Of a stretch of DNA of 64,000 bases, positions 18,595-28,023 are shown piece after piece. The stretch spans positions 1,407 to 65,406 of the forward strand of contig SVPC01000003.1 of assembly GCA_015066095.1 (NCBI GenBank). Reading direction: 5' to 3'. A model generated the notes under the pieces. That model did not search any database. It was given only the letters and a program-made list of their open reading frames with translations, and had not been told where the DNA came from. Each line of letters opens with the position of its first letter. Positions within the stretch are counted from its first letter, which is position 1. The translations under genes were made by a program, and so were the position numbers. Source of the stretch: Oscillospiraceae bacterium (lineage in GTDB: Bacteria > Bacillota > Clostridia > Oscillospirales > Acutalibacteraceae).

Positions 18595-19080
18595 TTACTG
18601 TAATTCTACAGCTTTATTTTTTTCTAAAACCTTATCTGCGTCTGCTTTACGCTTAGCATCAAGGCGGTTTGCCAAATCTTTGTCCTCAATAGCGAGCATC
18701 TGTATACATAACAAAGCGGCATTAACAGCACCGTCAATAGCAACTGTGGCAACAGGGATGCCTGAGGGCATTTGTACAGTTGATAAAAGTGCGTCAATAC
18801 CGTTTAAGTGACCTGATTTTACAGGGATTCCCACAACGGGGAGTGTTGTATTAGCGGCAATAGCGCCTGCTAAGTGTGCCGCCATACCGGCAGCTGCTAT
18901 AATAGCGCCAAAACCATTTTGACGCGCGTTCACACTAAACTCACGTGCTTCTACGGGAGTTCTGTGCGCTGAAAAAATGTGTACTTCATAGGGTACTTCA
19001 AAAGCCTTTAGAGTGTCAATGGCTTTTTGTACGATAGGCATATCGCTGTCGCTACCCATAATGATACCGATTTTTTTCAT
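18595..19080 (-). CDS. purE: N5-carboxyaminoimidazole ribonucleotide mutase (class I PurE signature)
   Basis: True start is the ATG at 19080 (MKKIGIIMGSDSDMPIV) behind an AAAGGAG RBS. SAHRTP and AAGMAAHLAG motifs are present. The 217-aa ORF in the track runs through the riboswitch leader and is an artefact. Confidence 0.9.
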   Translation of the reverse strand: MKKIGIIMGSDSDMPIVQKAIDTLKAFEVPYEVHIFSAHRTPVEAREFSVNARQNGFGAIIAAAGMAAHLAGAIAANTTLPVVGIPVKSGHLNGIDALLSTVQMPSGIPVATVAIDGAVNAALLCIQMLAIEDKDLANRLDAKRKADADKVLEKNKAVELQ

Positions 19081-19100
19081 AAGAAGGTCTCCTTTACTCA

Positions 19101-19147
19101 TAAAATACAAAAGGGCGCACTTAATCCGTAGCGGAAAAAGAGCGCCC
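19101..19147 (-). terminator. intrinsic terminator forming the ZTP riboswitch expression platform
   Basis: Minus strand reads GGGCGCTCTT...AAGTGCGCCC followed by TTTTGTATTTT. The 5' arm overlaps the CUGGGCGC pseudoknot strand of the aptamer. Confidence 0.75.
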
Positions 19148-19213
19148 AGACGGTCGGCATAATGCATTCTTTGCTTCATGTGGTGCTCCACTTTTCCGTC
19201 AGTCACAAAGAAC
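19142..19213 (-). promoter_or_regulatory. ZTP riboswitch (pfl motif)
   Basis: Minus strand reads CTTTGTGACTGACGGAAAAGTGGAGCACCACATGAAGCAAAG ... GCCGACCGTCTGGGCGC. P1 is CTTTG/CAAAG and P2 is GTGG/CCAC. It has the conserved UGACUG-CG-like box and the CCG-CUGGGC 3' box, with a compensated pseudoknot (ACGG:CCGT). Confidence 0.8.
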
Positions 19214-19219
19214 ATTATT

Positions 19220-19248
19220 ATTCTAACATACACGCAATTTTTTGTCAA
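19220..19248 (-). promoter_or_regulatory. sigma-A promoter of the pur/one-carbon operon (TTGACA-17-TAGAAT)
   Basis: Consensus -35, 17-nt spacer and a near-consensus -10, immediately upstream of the riboswitch. Confidence 0.75.
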
Positions 19249-19322
19249 TGTAAAATAATATGTATTATTATATAAATATATTAAAATTTTTGTTAAAATT
19301 ATGTAAAAATTTCTAAAAGTGC

Positions 19323-19350
19323 TTGACTTTTAAATTTGGTGTATTAAAAT
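19323..19350 (+). promoter_or_regulatory. candidate groESL promoter (TTGACT-16-TAAAAT)
   Basis: Hexamers ~30 nt upstream of groES. No CIRCE inverted repeat is visible between the promoter and the RBS. Confidence 0.5.
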
Positions 19351-19380
19351 ATTGTTATATATTTGTAAAAGGAGTTGTTT

Positions 19381-19668
19381 ATGATGACACTTAAGCCATT
19401 GGCAGATAATGTTGTTATCAAATCTTGTGAGGCAGAAGAAACCACAAAAAGCGGTATCGTTTTGGCTTCCACTGCAAAGGAAAAACCTCAAATCGCAGAG
19501 GTTGTAGCCGTAGGCGAGGGCGGAATGGTTGATGGCAAAGAAATTAAAATGACTGTTAAAGCAGGTGATAAGGTTATTGCGGCTAAATATGCAGGTACTG
19601 AAATTAAACTTGATGGTGTAGAGTATACTATTTTGCGCCAGAGCGAAATTTTAGCTATTGTAGAGTAA
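19381..19668 (+). CDS. groES: co-chaperonin GroES
   Basis: The ATG at 19381 follows an AAAGGAG RBS. MTLKPLADNVVIK...GIVLASTAKEKPQIAEVVAVG is typical Cpn10. Confidence 0.95.
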   Translation: MMTLKPLADNVVIKSCEAEETTKSGIVLASTAKEKPQIAEVVAVGEGGMVDGKEIKMTVKAGDKVIAAKYAGTEIKLDGVEYTILRQSEILAIVE

Positions 19669-21321
<1,653 letters not shown>

Positions 21322-21343
21322 TTTGTTTTAGAAAATAAAAATT

Positions 21344-21376
21344 AAAAAACCGAGTTCATAATGAACTCGGTTTTTT
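21344..21376. terminator. bidirectional terminator between groEL and folT
   Basis: AAAAAACCGAGTTCAT-AA-TGAACTCGGTTTTTT. Confidence 0.85.
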
Positions 21377-21377
21377 G

Positions 21378-21932
21378 CTATAATTTAATAACTTTTCGTA
21401 ATTTTCTGATAATTGGGGGAGAGATTGCGGCAAAAATCCAAGCAAATCCAATACCACCAATAATTTTGAAAGATATTGCAAATTTGAAAATGCCTGCAAG
21501 GAAATCGTAAGGATATCCAAATACCAAACTATCAATATATAAAGCACCGATATTAAGTAACGATAAAGCAATCGAACTTATAAACAACTCAATCGCAAGG
21601 AAGTATCGTTTATCGCTTTTTCTAAAAGCTTTATAAAGTAAAGCAACTATAAGTGCGTAAATAACAGTAGGTATCATCCAAATAAATGTAGACCAACTTA
21701 TACCGTAGCCCATTGCTATTTGTGAAACAAACGCACCAACTGTTGCGGTTGCAACGCCCCAACGAACACCGAAAATTATTGAAGCTAGTATTAGCGGGAA
21801 ACAACTAATCGGTATTTGATAATTATCGAGAAAAGCGATTTTACCAAAGGCGGATGCTAACCATTCAAGTGGTACGTAGAGGGCAGCAAGTATTGCGCAG
21901 ATACATAGTTTTTTGATGTAATTTTTTTTCAT
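21378..21932 (-). CDS. folT: ECF-transporter S component, folate family (FolT-like)
   Basis: 184-aa, ~6-TM protein of S-component size and shape, directly controlled by a THF riboswitch. Confidence 0.7.
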   Translation of the reverse strand: MKKNYIKKLCICAILAALYVPLEWLASAFGKIAFLDNYQIPISCFPLILASIIFGVRWGVATATVGAFVSQIAMGYGISWSTFIWMIPTVIYALIVALLYKAFRKSDKRYFLAIELFISSIALSLLNIGALYIDSLVFGYPYDFLAGIFKFAISFKIIGGIGFAWIFAAISPPIIRKLRKVIKL

Positions 21933-21941
21933 AAATAAAAC

Positions 21942-21972
21942 CTCCTATTACCCGTATTGTCGATAATAGGAG
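21942..21972 (-). promoter_or_regulatory. SD-sequestering hairpin (expression platform of the THF riboswitch)
   Basis: On the minus strand, CTCCTATTA-N13-TAATAGGAG. The 3' arm contains the GGAGG RBS of folT. Confidence 0.65.
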
Positions 21973-21994
21973 ATTTTTAATCTACATATTATTT

Positions 21995-22093
21995 GACAGC
22001 GGGATGCGACAGCCGAACCGCGGGAAAACTCCTTCGTTCTTTCAGCAACTCCCCGTCTGAAAGACACTTGACGCTCGGTTATCTACTCTGTTT
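21995..22093 (-). promoter_or_regulatory. THF (tetrahydrofolate) riboswitch
   Basis: Minus strand reads CAGAGTAGATAACCGAGCGTCAAGTG...ACGGGGAGTTG...ACGAAGGAG...CCCGCGGTTCGG...CGCATCCCGCTG. These match the conserved blocks of the folT motif (AGAGUAG, GCGU-AAGUG, CGAAG, CGCGG, GCAUCC-GCU). Confidence 0.85.
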
Positions 22094-22102
22094 GATAAAA
22101 TA

Positions 22103-22130
22103 ATTATATACTTTTTTAGGCACTTGTCAA
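22103..22130 (-). promoter_or_regulatory. sigma-A promoter for THF riboswitch-folT (TTGACA-16-TATAAT)
   Basis: Consensus hexamers immediately after the ogg stop codon. Confidence 0.7.
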
Positions 22131-22133
22131 GTA

Positions 22134-22967
22134 TTATTCGCCCAAAAGTTTGGTATCTCTCGCATAAAAGAATATGTATTGCTGAGCGATACCTGCGTAA
22201 TTTTCGGCACATATGGGCAGCTCGCCTTGGAATAAAACCTCCATAGCGCGTTTTATCCACACGTCTTTAGGGAAAGCGGAGGTGTGGCGGTGTGAAAACA
22301 AAAGGCAACAATCGGCAACCTTTGGACCAACACCTTTTATTTTCATTAGTTCAGTTCGAGCTTCGTCGAGCGGTAAATTTTTAAGGTTATATAAATCAAC
22401 TTCTCCGTTTGAAACCTTTTGAGCAGCATCGAGTAAATATTTTGCTCTAAAACCGCTACGCAATACCTGTAAATCATCAAGTGTGAGTTTGGCGATTTTT
22501 TCAGCAGTAGGGAAGGTGTAATAACCGTTTTTGTACTCGCCAAAATTCTCACAAAGGCGCTCTATTATGCCTTTTATGCGCTTTATATTGTTGTTTTGCG
22601 AAATTATAAAAGAGCATAAAGTTTCAAAAGGTTCTTGGTTTAAAATGCGTATACCATAAGAATATTCACAGGCTTTTTTTAGTGTTTCGTTTTCGCTTAA
22701 AATTTTAACGATTTTATTGTAATCACGGTCTAAATCAAAGTAGTTATACCATAAATTTTTAAAATCTTCTTCTGTTGTGTCGTATAAAACAATTGTTCCA
22801 TCTGATAATTTTTCGAGTTTTAAAAACTTATCAAATGCAACACCTGTCCATATTTCACCGTCGTTTTTCCAACGAAAAGCCTGACCGCAGTCAAGCGTGT
22901 GTGGCAGGTCAAATTCAGAAAGACCATATATGTAAACATTGTTATCCTTAAATTCAAAATTTTTCAT
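22134..22967 (-). CDS. ogg: 8-oxoguanine DNA glycosylase / AP lyase (Ogg, HhH-GPD superfamily)
   Basis: 277 aa. N-terminal LDCGQAFRW, HhH motif IKGVGPKVADCCLLF, then the downstream Asp region FPKDVW. Confidence 0.75.
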   Translation of the reverse strand: MKNFEFKDNNVYIYGLSEFDLPHTLDCGQAFRWKNDGEIWTGVAFDKFLKLEKLSDGTIVLYDTTEEDFKNLWYNYFDLDRDYNKIVKILSENETLKKACEYSYGIRILNQEPFETLCSFIISQNNNIKRIKGIIERLCENFGEYKNGYYTFPTAEKIAKLTLDDLQVLRSGFRAKYLLDAAQKVSNGEVDLYNLKNLPLDEARTELMKIKGVGPKVADCCLLFSHRHTSAFPKDVWIKRAMEVLFQGELPICAENYAGIAQQYIFFYARDTKLLGE

Positions 22968-23045
22968 AAAATATCACTCCGATATTGTCATTGTACTATT
23001 TTTATGTTAAAATATCAATAAATAAATCAAAAAGGAAAAATTTTT

Positions 23046-23741
23046 ATGCGTCAGGATATTTGTACTATTCCGGTTAGTGAAATTTTTGAAGTTAATGATG
23101 GTTGTCCCATTTGCCGTATGCGTGAAACTGTCGAAAAGCGCATTGTTGATTATATAATGGGTGCGGCTATGATGGAACCCGATGTGAGAATAGAAACTAA
23201 CAAATTAGGTTTTTGTGAAAGACATTTTGATATGATGTTAAATACTCGCGGTCGTTTGCAATTAGCGCTTATTTTGGAATCACACATTGATGAAATTGGT
23301 AAAAAGATTTTTGATAAAAACCTTTTTAATCCTGCTTCTAAAAAGGCGGCAAAGTCTAAAAAACTTACAGAATCTTGCTTTGTTTGTTCAAAGGTTGATT
23401 GGGGTTTTGAAAATATGATAAAAACCTTGTTTTTATCATACGAAAATGACCGTGATTTTCGCGATATGTTTAACGGACAAGATATTATCTGTCTTCATCA
23501 CTATGAACTTTTAATGTCTTCTCACGAAAAGAAAAATCTTAAAAAATACAACTCTGAATTTGAGAAAAATCTCACAAGAATCACAGGCGAATATGTAAAA
23601 AGTCTTAAAGATGACCTTACAAAATATTGTTCTATGTATGATTATCGTGCAAAACAAGAAAAGCAAGAATGGGGAACTAGTCGTGATGTTGTAGAGCGTT
23701 CTATTGCTTTTTTAAATGGTAGATACTATTCGGGAGAATAA
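23046..23741 (+). CDS. Cys-rich hypothetical protein (possibly DUF6062-like)
   Basis: 231 aa with a TTGTCA-17-TAAAAT promoter upstream. Contains CPIC...FCERHF...CFVC...CLHHY, suggesting metal binding. The family name is recalled, not verified. Confidence 0.55.
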   Translation: MRQDICTIPVSEIFEVNDGCPICRMRETVEKRIVDYIMGAAMMEPDVRIETNKLGFCERHFDMMLNTRGRLQLALILESHIDEIGKKIFDKNLFNPASKKAAKSKKLTESCFVCSKVDWGFENMIKTLFLSYENDRDFRDMFNGQDIICLHHYELLMSSHEKKNLKKYNSEFEKNLTRITGEYVKSLKDDLTKYCSMYDYRAKQEKQEWGTSRDVVERSIAFLNGRYYSGE

Positions 23742-23902
23742 TTTACATAATCTGTCGAAAAAGGTAAAATGTTGATAACTTTTCCTTTAAAATGCGGTAT
23801 TTATGCCACTTTTCCACCAACTTATCCACATTTTTTATGTAAACCTGAATAACATAAACATAATTTGCCAACAATATTAGCAAAGATTGGAAGGTGCAAA
23901 TT

Positions 23903-24172
23903 ATGGTAAAAGGTGTAAACAAAACGGTTATTGAGGTTAACAACACCGGCAGTAAGTATTTTGAAAAAATTGTTTTTTATGTAACACCGCAATATGGAAA
24001 TTTGAGTGCAAAGCAACTTAAAAGGGCGGCGAGCAATTTTTCATTTAATTTTGAAGACCACGCCCCAAGAAAAACTTTGCGAAAAACCCACAAGAGAAAA
24101 AGATTTGCGATAGCTTCTACAATTATTGGTATGTGTGTAATAGCACTTGCGGCAGGAATAATTTTAATTTGA
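23903..24172 (+). CDS. small hypothetical protein with C-terminal transmembrane anchor
   Basis: The ATG at 23903 lies 8 nt after GGAAGG. A basic stretch RKTLRKTHKRKR precedes a C-terminal hydrophobic helix, and a terminator follows. Confidence 0.55.
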   Translation: MVKGVNKTVIEVNNTGSKYFEKIVFYVTPQYGNLSAKQLKRAASNFSFNFEDHAPRKTLRKTHKRKRFAIASTIIGMCVIALAAGIILI

Positions 24173-24176
24173 TTAT

Positions 24177-24205
24177 GAACGGCTTTCATAGCCGTTCTTT
24201 TTTTA
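24177..24205 (+). terminator. rho-independent terminator
   Basis: GAACGGCT-TTCAT-AGCCGTTC followed by TTTTTTT. Confidence 0.8.
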
Positions 24206-24317
24206 TATTAAGTTAACAATTTGTAAATAAAAAAATAAGTGTTCATTATTATACTTGCATTTCTTTCTGATATATAATATAATAAGTGGAGTTAATTATT
24301 CGATAAGGATGTTGAAT

Positions 24318-25028
24318 ATGGAAATTATTAAGAAAAGCTTGAAATTATACGGGCTTTGCATCGTAGGAAGCATTTTATGTCTTGTTTTAACCGCTACTTT
24401 TAATATGATAGGTGCAAATCTCCTTGGAAAGCAAATAGGCTATTCGATGCAGGGCGAATTTGAAGACAAGGAAAATTCTGCTGTGATTCTTTATTCGCAT
24501 TATTACGACGATGGTGAAGACCTTGAAAAAGCAAAATTTGAAGAAAAAGGTTATACCTTAACCGAAATACCAATAAAGATACCCACAACAGCGTGGAATA
24601 TTTTCGCACAGTTCTGTCTTTTCTGTATGATGGGTATATTTGTTTACAATGAACTTTGGAAATTAGGATTTAAAGACAATAATCTTGTAAGAATTGGCAA
24701 GAAAACAGAGGACAAGCTAAAGGGACTTAAAATCGGTCTCATAACCACTACGCCTTCTATTTTACTTTTTGCTATACTTATTATCGGCAGAACAACATAT
24801 GCCGCCAAGGTTGCAACAACAACATTTTCTTTCTTAAATCCTTATATCGAGCGTTTGATTTATATATTTGTAGGGTATAAAGGTGGATATATTTCTCAAC
24901 TTTCAGTTGGTGCAGTTATAACTATTTTTGGCGCACTATTATTTATTCCTTTGGTGGCAATGGTGGCTTATTTGCTGGGTTATAAGTCTATAATTGTAAG
25001 TGAAAAACTTATTTATAAGAAAAAATAG
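24318..25028 (+). CDS. hypothetical polytopic membrane protein
   Basis: The ATG at 24318 follows AAGGA. It has several hydrophobic helices, and the upstream extension in the ORF track lacks an RBS. Confidence 0.55.
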   Translation: MEIIKKSLKLYGLCIVGSILCLVLTATFNMIGANLLGKQIGYSMQGEFEDKENSAVILYSHYYDDGEDLEKAKFEEKGYTLTEIPIKIPTTAWNIFAQFCLFCMMGIFVYNELWKLGFKDNNLVRIGKKTEDKLKGLKIGLITTTPSILLFAILIIGRTTYAAKVATTTFSFLNPYIERLIYIFVGYKGGYISQLSVGAVITIFGALLFIPLVAMVAYLLGYKSIIVSEKLIYKKK

Positions 25029-25038
25029 GAGAATAAAA

Positions 25039-25896
25039 ATGGCAGGATTTTTTGGTCTATTTAATTACGATAAAGAGGGTCCGGGTGTACCCAAAGATGC
25101 ACCTAAAAAGAAAACATTTATTGTTTTTTTCGAAATTTTTTTCCGCAACTTTTGGAAATTTATCTCTTTAAACTGTGTTTATTGGTTTGTGTCACTTCCA
25201 ATTTTAACCAATGGTTTGGCTAATGTTGGTCTTGCTAATGTGGCGCGTAATACCGCAAGAGAAAAGCACTCTTTTGGTATTTCGGATTTTTGGGAAACCA
25301 TTGGTAAAAACTGGAAACAGGCATTACCGGCAGGTATTATAAATTTCTTTGTTTTTGCTATACTTTCCTTTGATGTATGGTTTTTCAGCGGACAGGATAA
25401 TTTTTGGATGTGTGTAATTGGTACCGGTCTTTCAATGGCACTTTTGGTTACCTTCGCAATGATGAATTTTTACCTTTGGACGCTCATCATTACCTTTGAT
25501 TTTACATTAAAACAAGCATATAACATTAGCTTTAAACTAACATTTCTTAATTTCAAATTGTCTTTTCTTTGTTTATTTATAAATGTATTGTGGTTCGGTT
25601 TAGGATTAGCGCTTATATTCCTTTTGTTCAGTTATTCTTTTTATGTTTTACTTGTCGAAATGCTTATAATGTTGTGTGTTTATCCTGCATTTAACGCATT
25701 GCTCGTTCAGTTCTGCACATTCCCCGCAATTAAGAAGTTTATTATTGACCCTTATTACAAGGCGCACCCCGGTGAAGATATTGAAAAGCGTAAAAGCTTA
25801 GGTCTTGAAATAGAGGAAGAAAAAACACCTGCTCAAAATGAAGATTCTGAATCTGAAGAAGATGAAGAAGATGACGGCGTAATTTTCAATGACTAA
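25039..25896 (+). CDS. YesL/DUF624-family membrane protein with acidic C-terminal tail
   Basis: The ATG at 25039 follows AGGAG. The N-terminus GFFGLFNYDKEGPGVPKDAPKKKTF...FFEIFFRNFWKFI is typical of DUF624. The tail is EDSESEEDEEDD. Confidence 0.65.
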   Translation: MAGFFGLFNYDKEGPGVPKDAPKKKTFIVFFEIFFRNFWKFISLNCVYWFVSLPILTNGLANVGLANVARNTAREKHSFGISDFWETIGKNWKQALPAGIINFFVFAILSFDVWFFSGQDNFWMCVIGTGLSMALLVTFAMMNFYLWTLIITFDFTLKQAYNISFKLTFLNFKLSFLCLFINVLWFGLGLALIFLLFSYSFYVLLVEMLIMLCVYPAFNALLVQFCTFPAIKKFIIDPYYKAHPGEDIEKRKSLGLEIEEEKTPAQNEDSESEEDEEDDGVIFND

Positions 25897-25947
25897 TTGA
25901 GACATACAGAGCATATATATTATTAGTGATTTTTAGGAGTGTAATAT

Positions 25948-26202
25948 ATGTGTTCAAGGCTTGATGAATTGCGTAATAAACAGGTTGTTTGTGTACATAC
26001 AGGCGATGTTTTGGGATATGTCAGTGATATAGAGTTTGATATTTCAGACGGGAAATTGTGTTCTTTGGTAATCTACGGTAAAAGCCGCGCTTTTGGGCTT
26101 TTAGGTAAATATCAGGATATAATTATACCTTGGGAAGATATTGAACTTATTGGCGCACAAACGGTTCTTGTTAAAAACAGTTCGTCATTTTGTAAAAAAT
26201 AA
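25948..26202 (+). CDS. YlmC/YmxH-family sporulation protein (PRC-barrel)
   Basis: 84 aa. The L-ELRNKQVV...G-VLGYVSDIEFD...GKL-SLVI pattern matches the YlmC/YmxH family. Confidence 0.75.
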   Translation: MCSRLDELRNKQVVCVHTGDVLGYVSDIEFDISDGKLCSLVIYGKSRAFGLLGKYQDIIIPWEDIELIGAQTVLVKNSSSFCKK

Positions 26203-26205
26203 TTT

Positions 26206-26239
26206 AAAAAAGTCGGAGTATTTTTTACTCCGACTTTTT
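26206..26239 (+). terminator. rho-independent terminator
   Basis: AAAAAGTCGGAGTA-TTTTTT-ACTCCGACTTTTT. Confidence 0.85.
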
Positions 26240-26314
26240 ATATAATGCCTTGTATTTTTTGGCAAAATGTTATATAATTATGGCAAGTTAATTTCAAAAA
26301 AAGGAGTTTTAAAA

Positions 26315-27364
26315 ATGAAGAAGTATTTGAATCGTTTGTTCATTGACGGACTATCAGGTATGGCTTATGGCTTGTTTTCGACCCTTATTATCGGTACAAT
26401 AATTTGCCAGATTGCAAAGCTTATTGGTGATAATGTTGTAGCACAATATCTCTTAGCTATGGGTAATGTTGCAAAAACCCTTACGGGTGCAGGTATAGGC
26501 GTAGGCGTAGCATGTAAATTAAAATCTGCTCCTCTTACTACCGTTGCTGCTGCAGTTTGCGGTATGATTGGTGCATTTCCGAATGTTGCTAACGAGGGTT
26601 TTGTGGTTAGTGCCCCTGGTGAGCCATTAGGTGCTTTTATTGCGGCTTATGTTGCTATTGAAATAGGTCGTTTGGTTGCGGGTAAAACAAAGGTTGATAT
26701 AATTGTTACTCCTGTCTGCTGTATCGTTTCTGGCGCATTAGTAGGCTATTTTGTTGGACCTTACATTTCAACCGCTATGAAATGGGTAGGACAACTTGTT
26801 TCTATAAGTGTTGAGCAATATCCCATTTTAGGCGGTATTGTAGTATCGGTTGTAATGGGCATTTTGCTTACTTTACCTATTTCTTCGGCCGCTATTGGTA
26901 TTTCAATGCAACTTTCGGGTCTTGCGGCAGGTGCGGCTACAATCGGTTGTTGCTGTAATATGGTTGGCTTTGCTGTTATCAGTTATCGTGAAAATAGAAT
27001 GGGCGGTCTTGTAGCACAGGGTGTTGGTACATCTATGATACAAATGCCTAACATCGTTCGCAATCCGCTTATTTGGCTACCATCAATCATTTCAAGTGCG
27101 ATTTTAGGTCCAATATCTTCTGCTGTTCTTGGTATGGTTAGTAATCCGGTTGGCTCAGGTATGGGCTCTGCAGGTCTTGTAGGTCAGTTTATGAGTTATG
27201 AAACTATGGTAGCAAATGGTGTAAGCCCTGTTATTGCTTTGGTTGAAATTATTGTAATGCAGTTCTTGTTACCTGCAGTTGTGTGCCTTGCAATTAGTGA
27301 AGGTATGCGAAAACTTAGACTTATAAAACCCGGCGATTTGAAATTGGTATCGGCTAATGACTAA
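26315..27364 (+). CDS. PTS EIIC-like / PfoR-family membrane protein
   Basis: The ATG at 26315 follows AAGGAG. It is a ~350-aa, highly hydrophobic, Gly/Ala-rich polytopic protein, and the N-terminus MKKYLNRLFIDGLSGMAYGLF recalls COG3641 proteins (from memory). Confidence 0.55.
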   Translation: MKKYLNRLFIDGLSGMAYGLFSTLIIGTIICQIAKLIGDNVVAQYLLAMGNVAKTLTGAGIGVGVACKLKSAPLTTVAAAVCGMIGAFPNVANEGFVVSAPGEPLGAFIAAYVAIEIGRLVAGKTKVDIIVTPVCCIVSGALVGYFVGPYISTAMKWVGQLVSISVEQYPILGGIVVSVVMGILLTLPISSAAIGISMQLSGLAAGAATIGCCCNMVGFAVISYRENRMGGLVAQGVGTSMIQMPNIVRNPLIWLPSIISSAILGPISSAVLGMVSNPVGSGMGSAGLVGQFMSYETMVANGVSPVIALVEIIVMQFLLPAVVCLAISEGMRKLRLIKPGDLKLVSAND

Positions 27365-27989
27365 AAAGCAACGGGTTCTCGAGTCGGTATTACGCCTTGA
27401 AAAATTATATCCCGATGCGATTTGTTCGCTCGATTATAAGGATGCATTTCAGTTACTTATTGCAACAAGACTTTCGGCACAATGTACTGATAAACGCGTA
27501 AATATAGTAACTCCCGATTTGTTTGCCGAGTTTCCTACATCAAAAGAAATGGCAAAAGCGGATTTAAAGAGGGTAGAGCAACTAATTAAAACTTGTGGTC
27601 TTTATAAAACGAAAGCTCTTGATTTAATAAAAATTGCCCAAAAAATTGAGAGTGAATTCGGTGGCAAAGTACCCGACACGATTGAAGAATTAACTACTCT
27701 TTCGGGTGTTGGTAGAAAAACTGCCAATCTTGTTTGCGGTGATATTTACGGCAAACCTGCAGTTGTTACCGATACGCATTTTATCCGTATTTGCAACCGT
27801 TTAGGGTTTGTCAGTACCGATAATCCCTTAAAGGTTGAAAATGAGATGCGTAAACTTTTACCGCCCGAAAAATCTAACAATTTTTGTCATAGAACTGTGC
27901 TGTTTGGCAGAGATGTTTGTACTGCCAGAACCCCCAAATGTGACGTTTGCTTGTTAAACGATATCTGCCCTAAAAACTTGAATAAATAA
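27357..27989 (+). CDS. nth: endonuclease III
   Basis: HhH-GPD region LSGVGRKTANLV and the 4Fe-4S ligand pattern CX6CX2CX5C (CTARTPKCDVCLLNDIC). Confidence 0.92.
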   Translation: MTKKQRVLESVLRLEKLYPDAICSLDYKDAFQLLIATRLSAQCTDKRVNIVTPDLFAEFPTSKEMAKADLKRVEQLIKTCGLYKTKALDLIKIAQKIESEFGGKVPDTIEELTTLSGVGRKTANLVCGDIYGKPAVVTDTHFIRICNRLGFVSTDNPLKVENEMRKLLPPEKSNNFCHRTVLFGRDVCTARTPKCDVCLLNDICPKNLNK

Positions 27990-27992
27990 ATT

Positions 27993-28014
27993 AAAGCCGT
28001 CTTTCGACGGCTTT
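27993..28014. terminator. bidirectional terminator between convergent nth and the methyltransferase gene
   Basis: AAAGCCGTC-TTTC-GACGGCTTT flanked by A/T tracts. Confidence 0.75.
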
Positions 28015-28023
28015 AAAATTTAT

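Noticed and set aside
18595-19248. 217-aa version of the purE ORF from the six-frame track
   Set aside because: The N-terminal 55 codons run through the ZTP aptamer, its terminator and the RBS. A canonical start (MKKIGIIMGSDSD) with AAAGGAG lies at 19080.
22042-22260. 72-aa minus-strand ORF overlapping the ogg 3' end and the THF riboswitch
   Set aside because: It has no RBS, and it overlaps a well-supported riboswitch, a promoter and the ogg coding end. It is spurious.
23822-23830. Perfect DnaA box TTATCCACA
   Set aside because: It is a single isolated 9-mer. About 0.5 occurrences are expected by chance in 2 x 64 kb, and there is no cluster, AT-rich unwinding element or dnaA/dnaN nearby.
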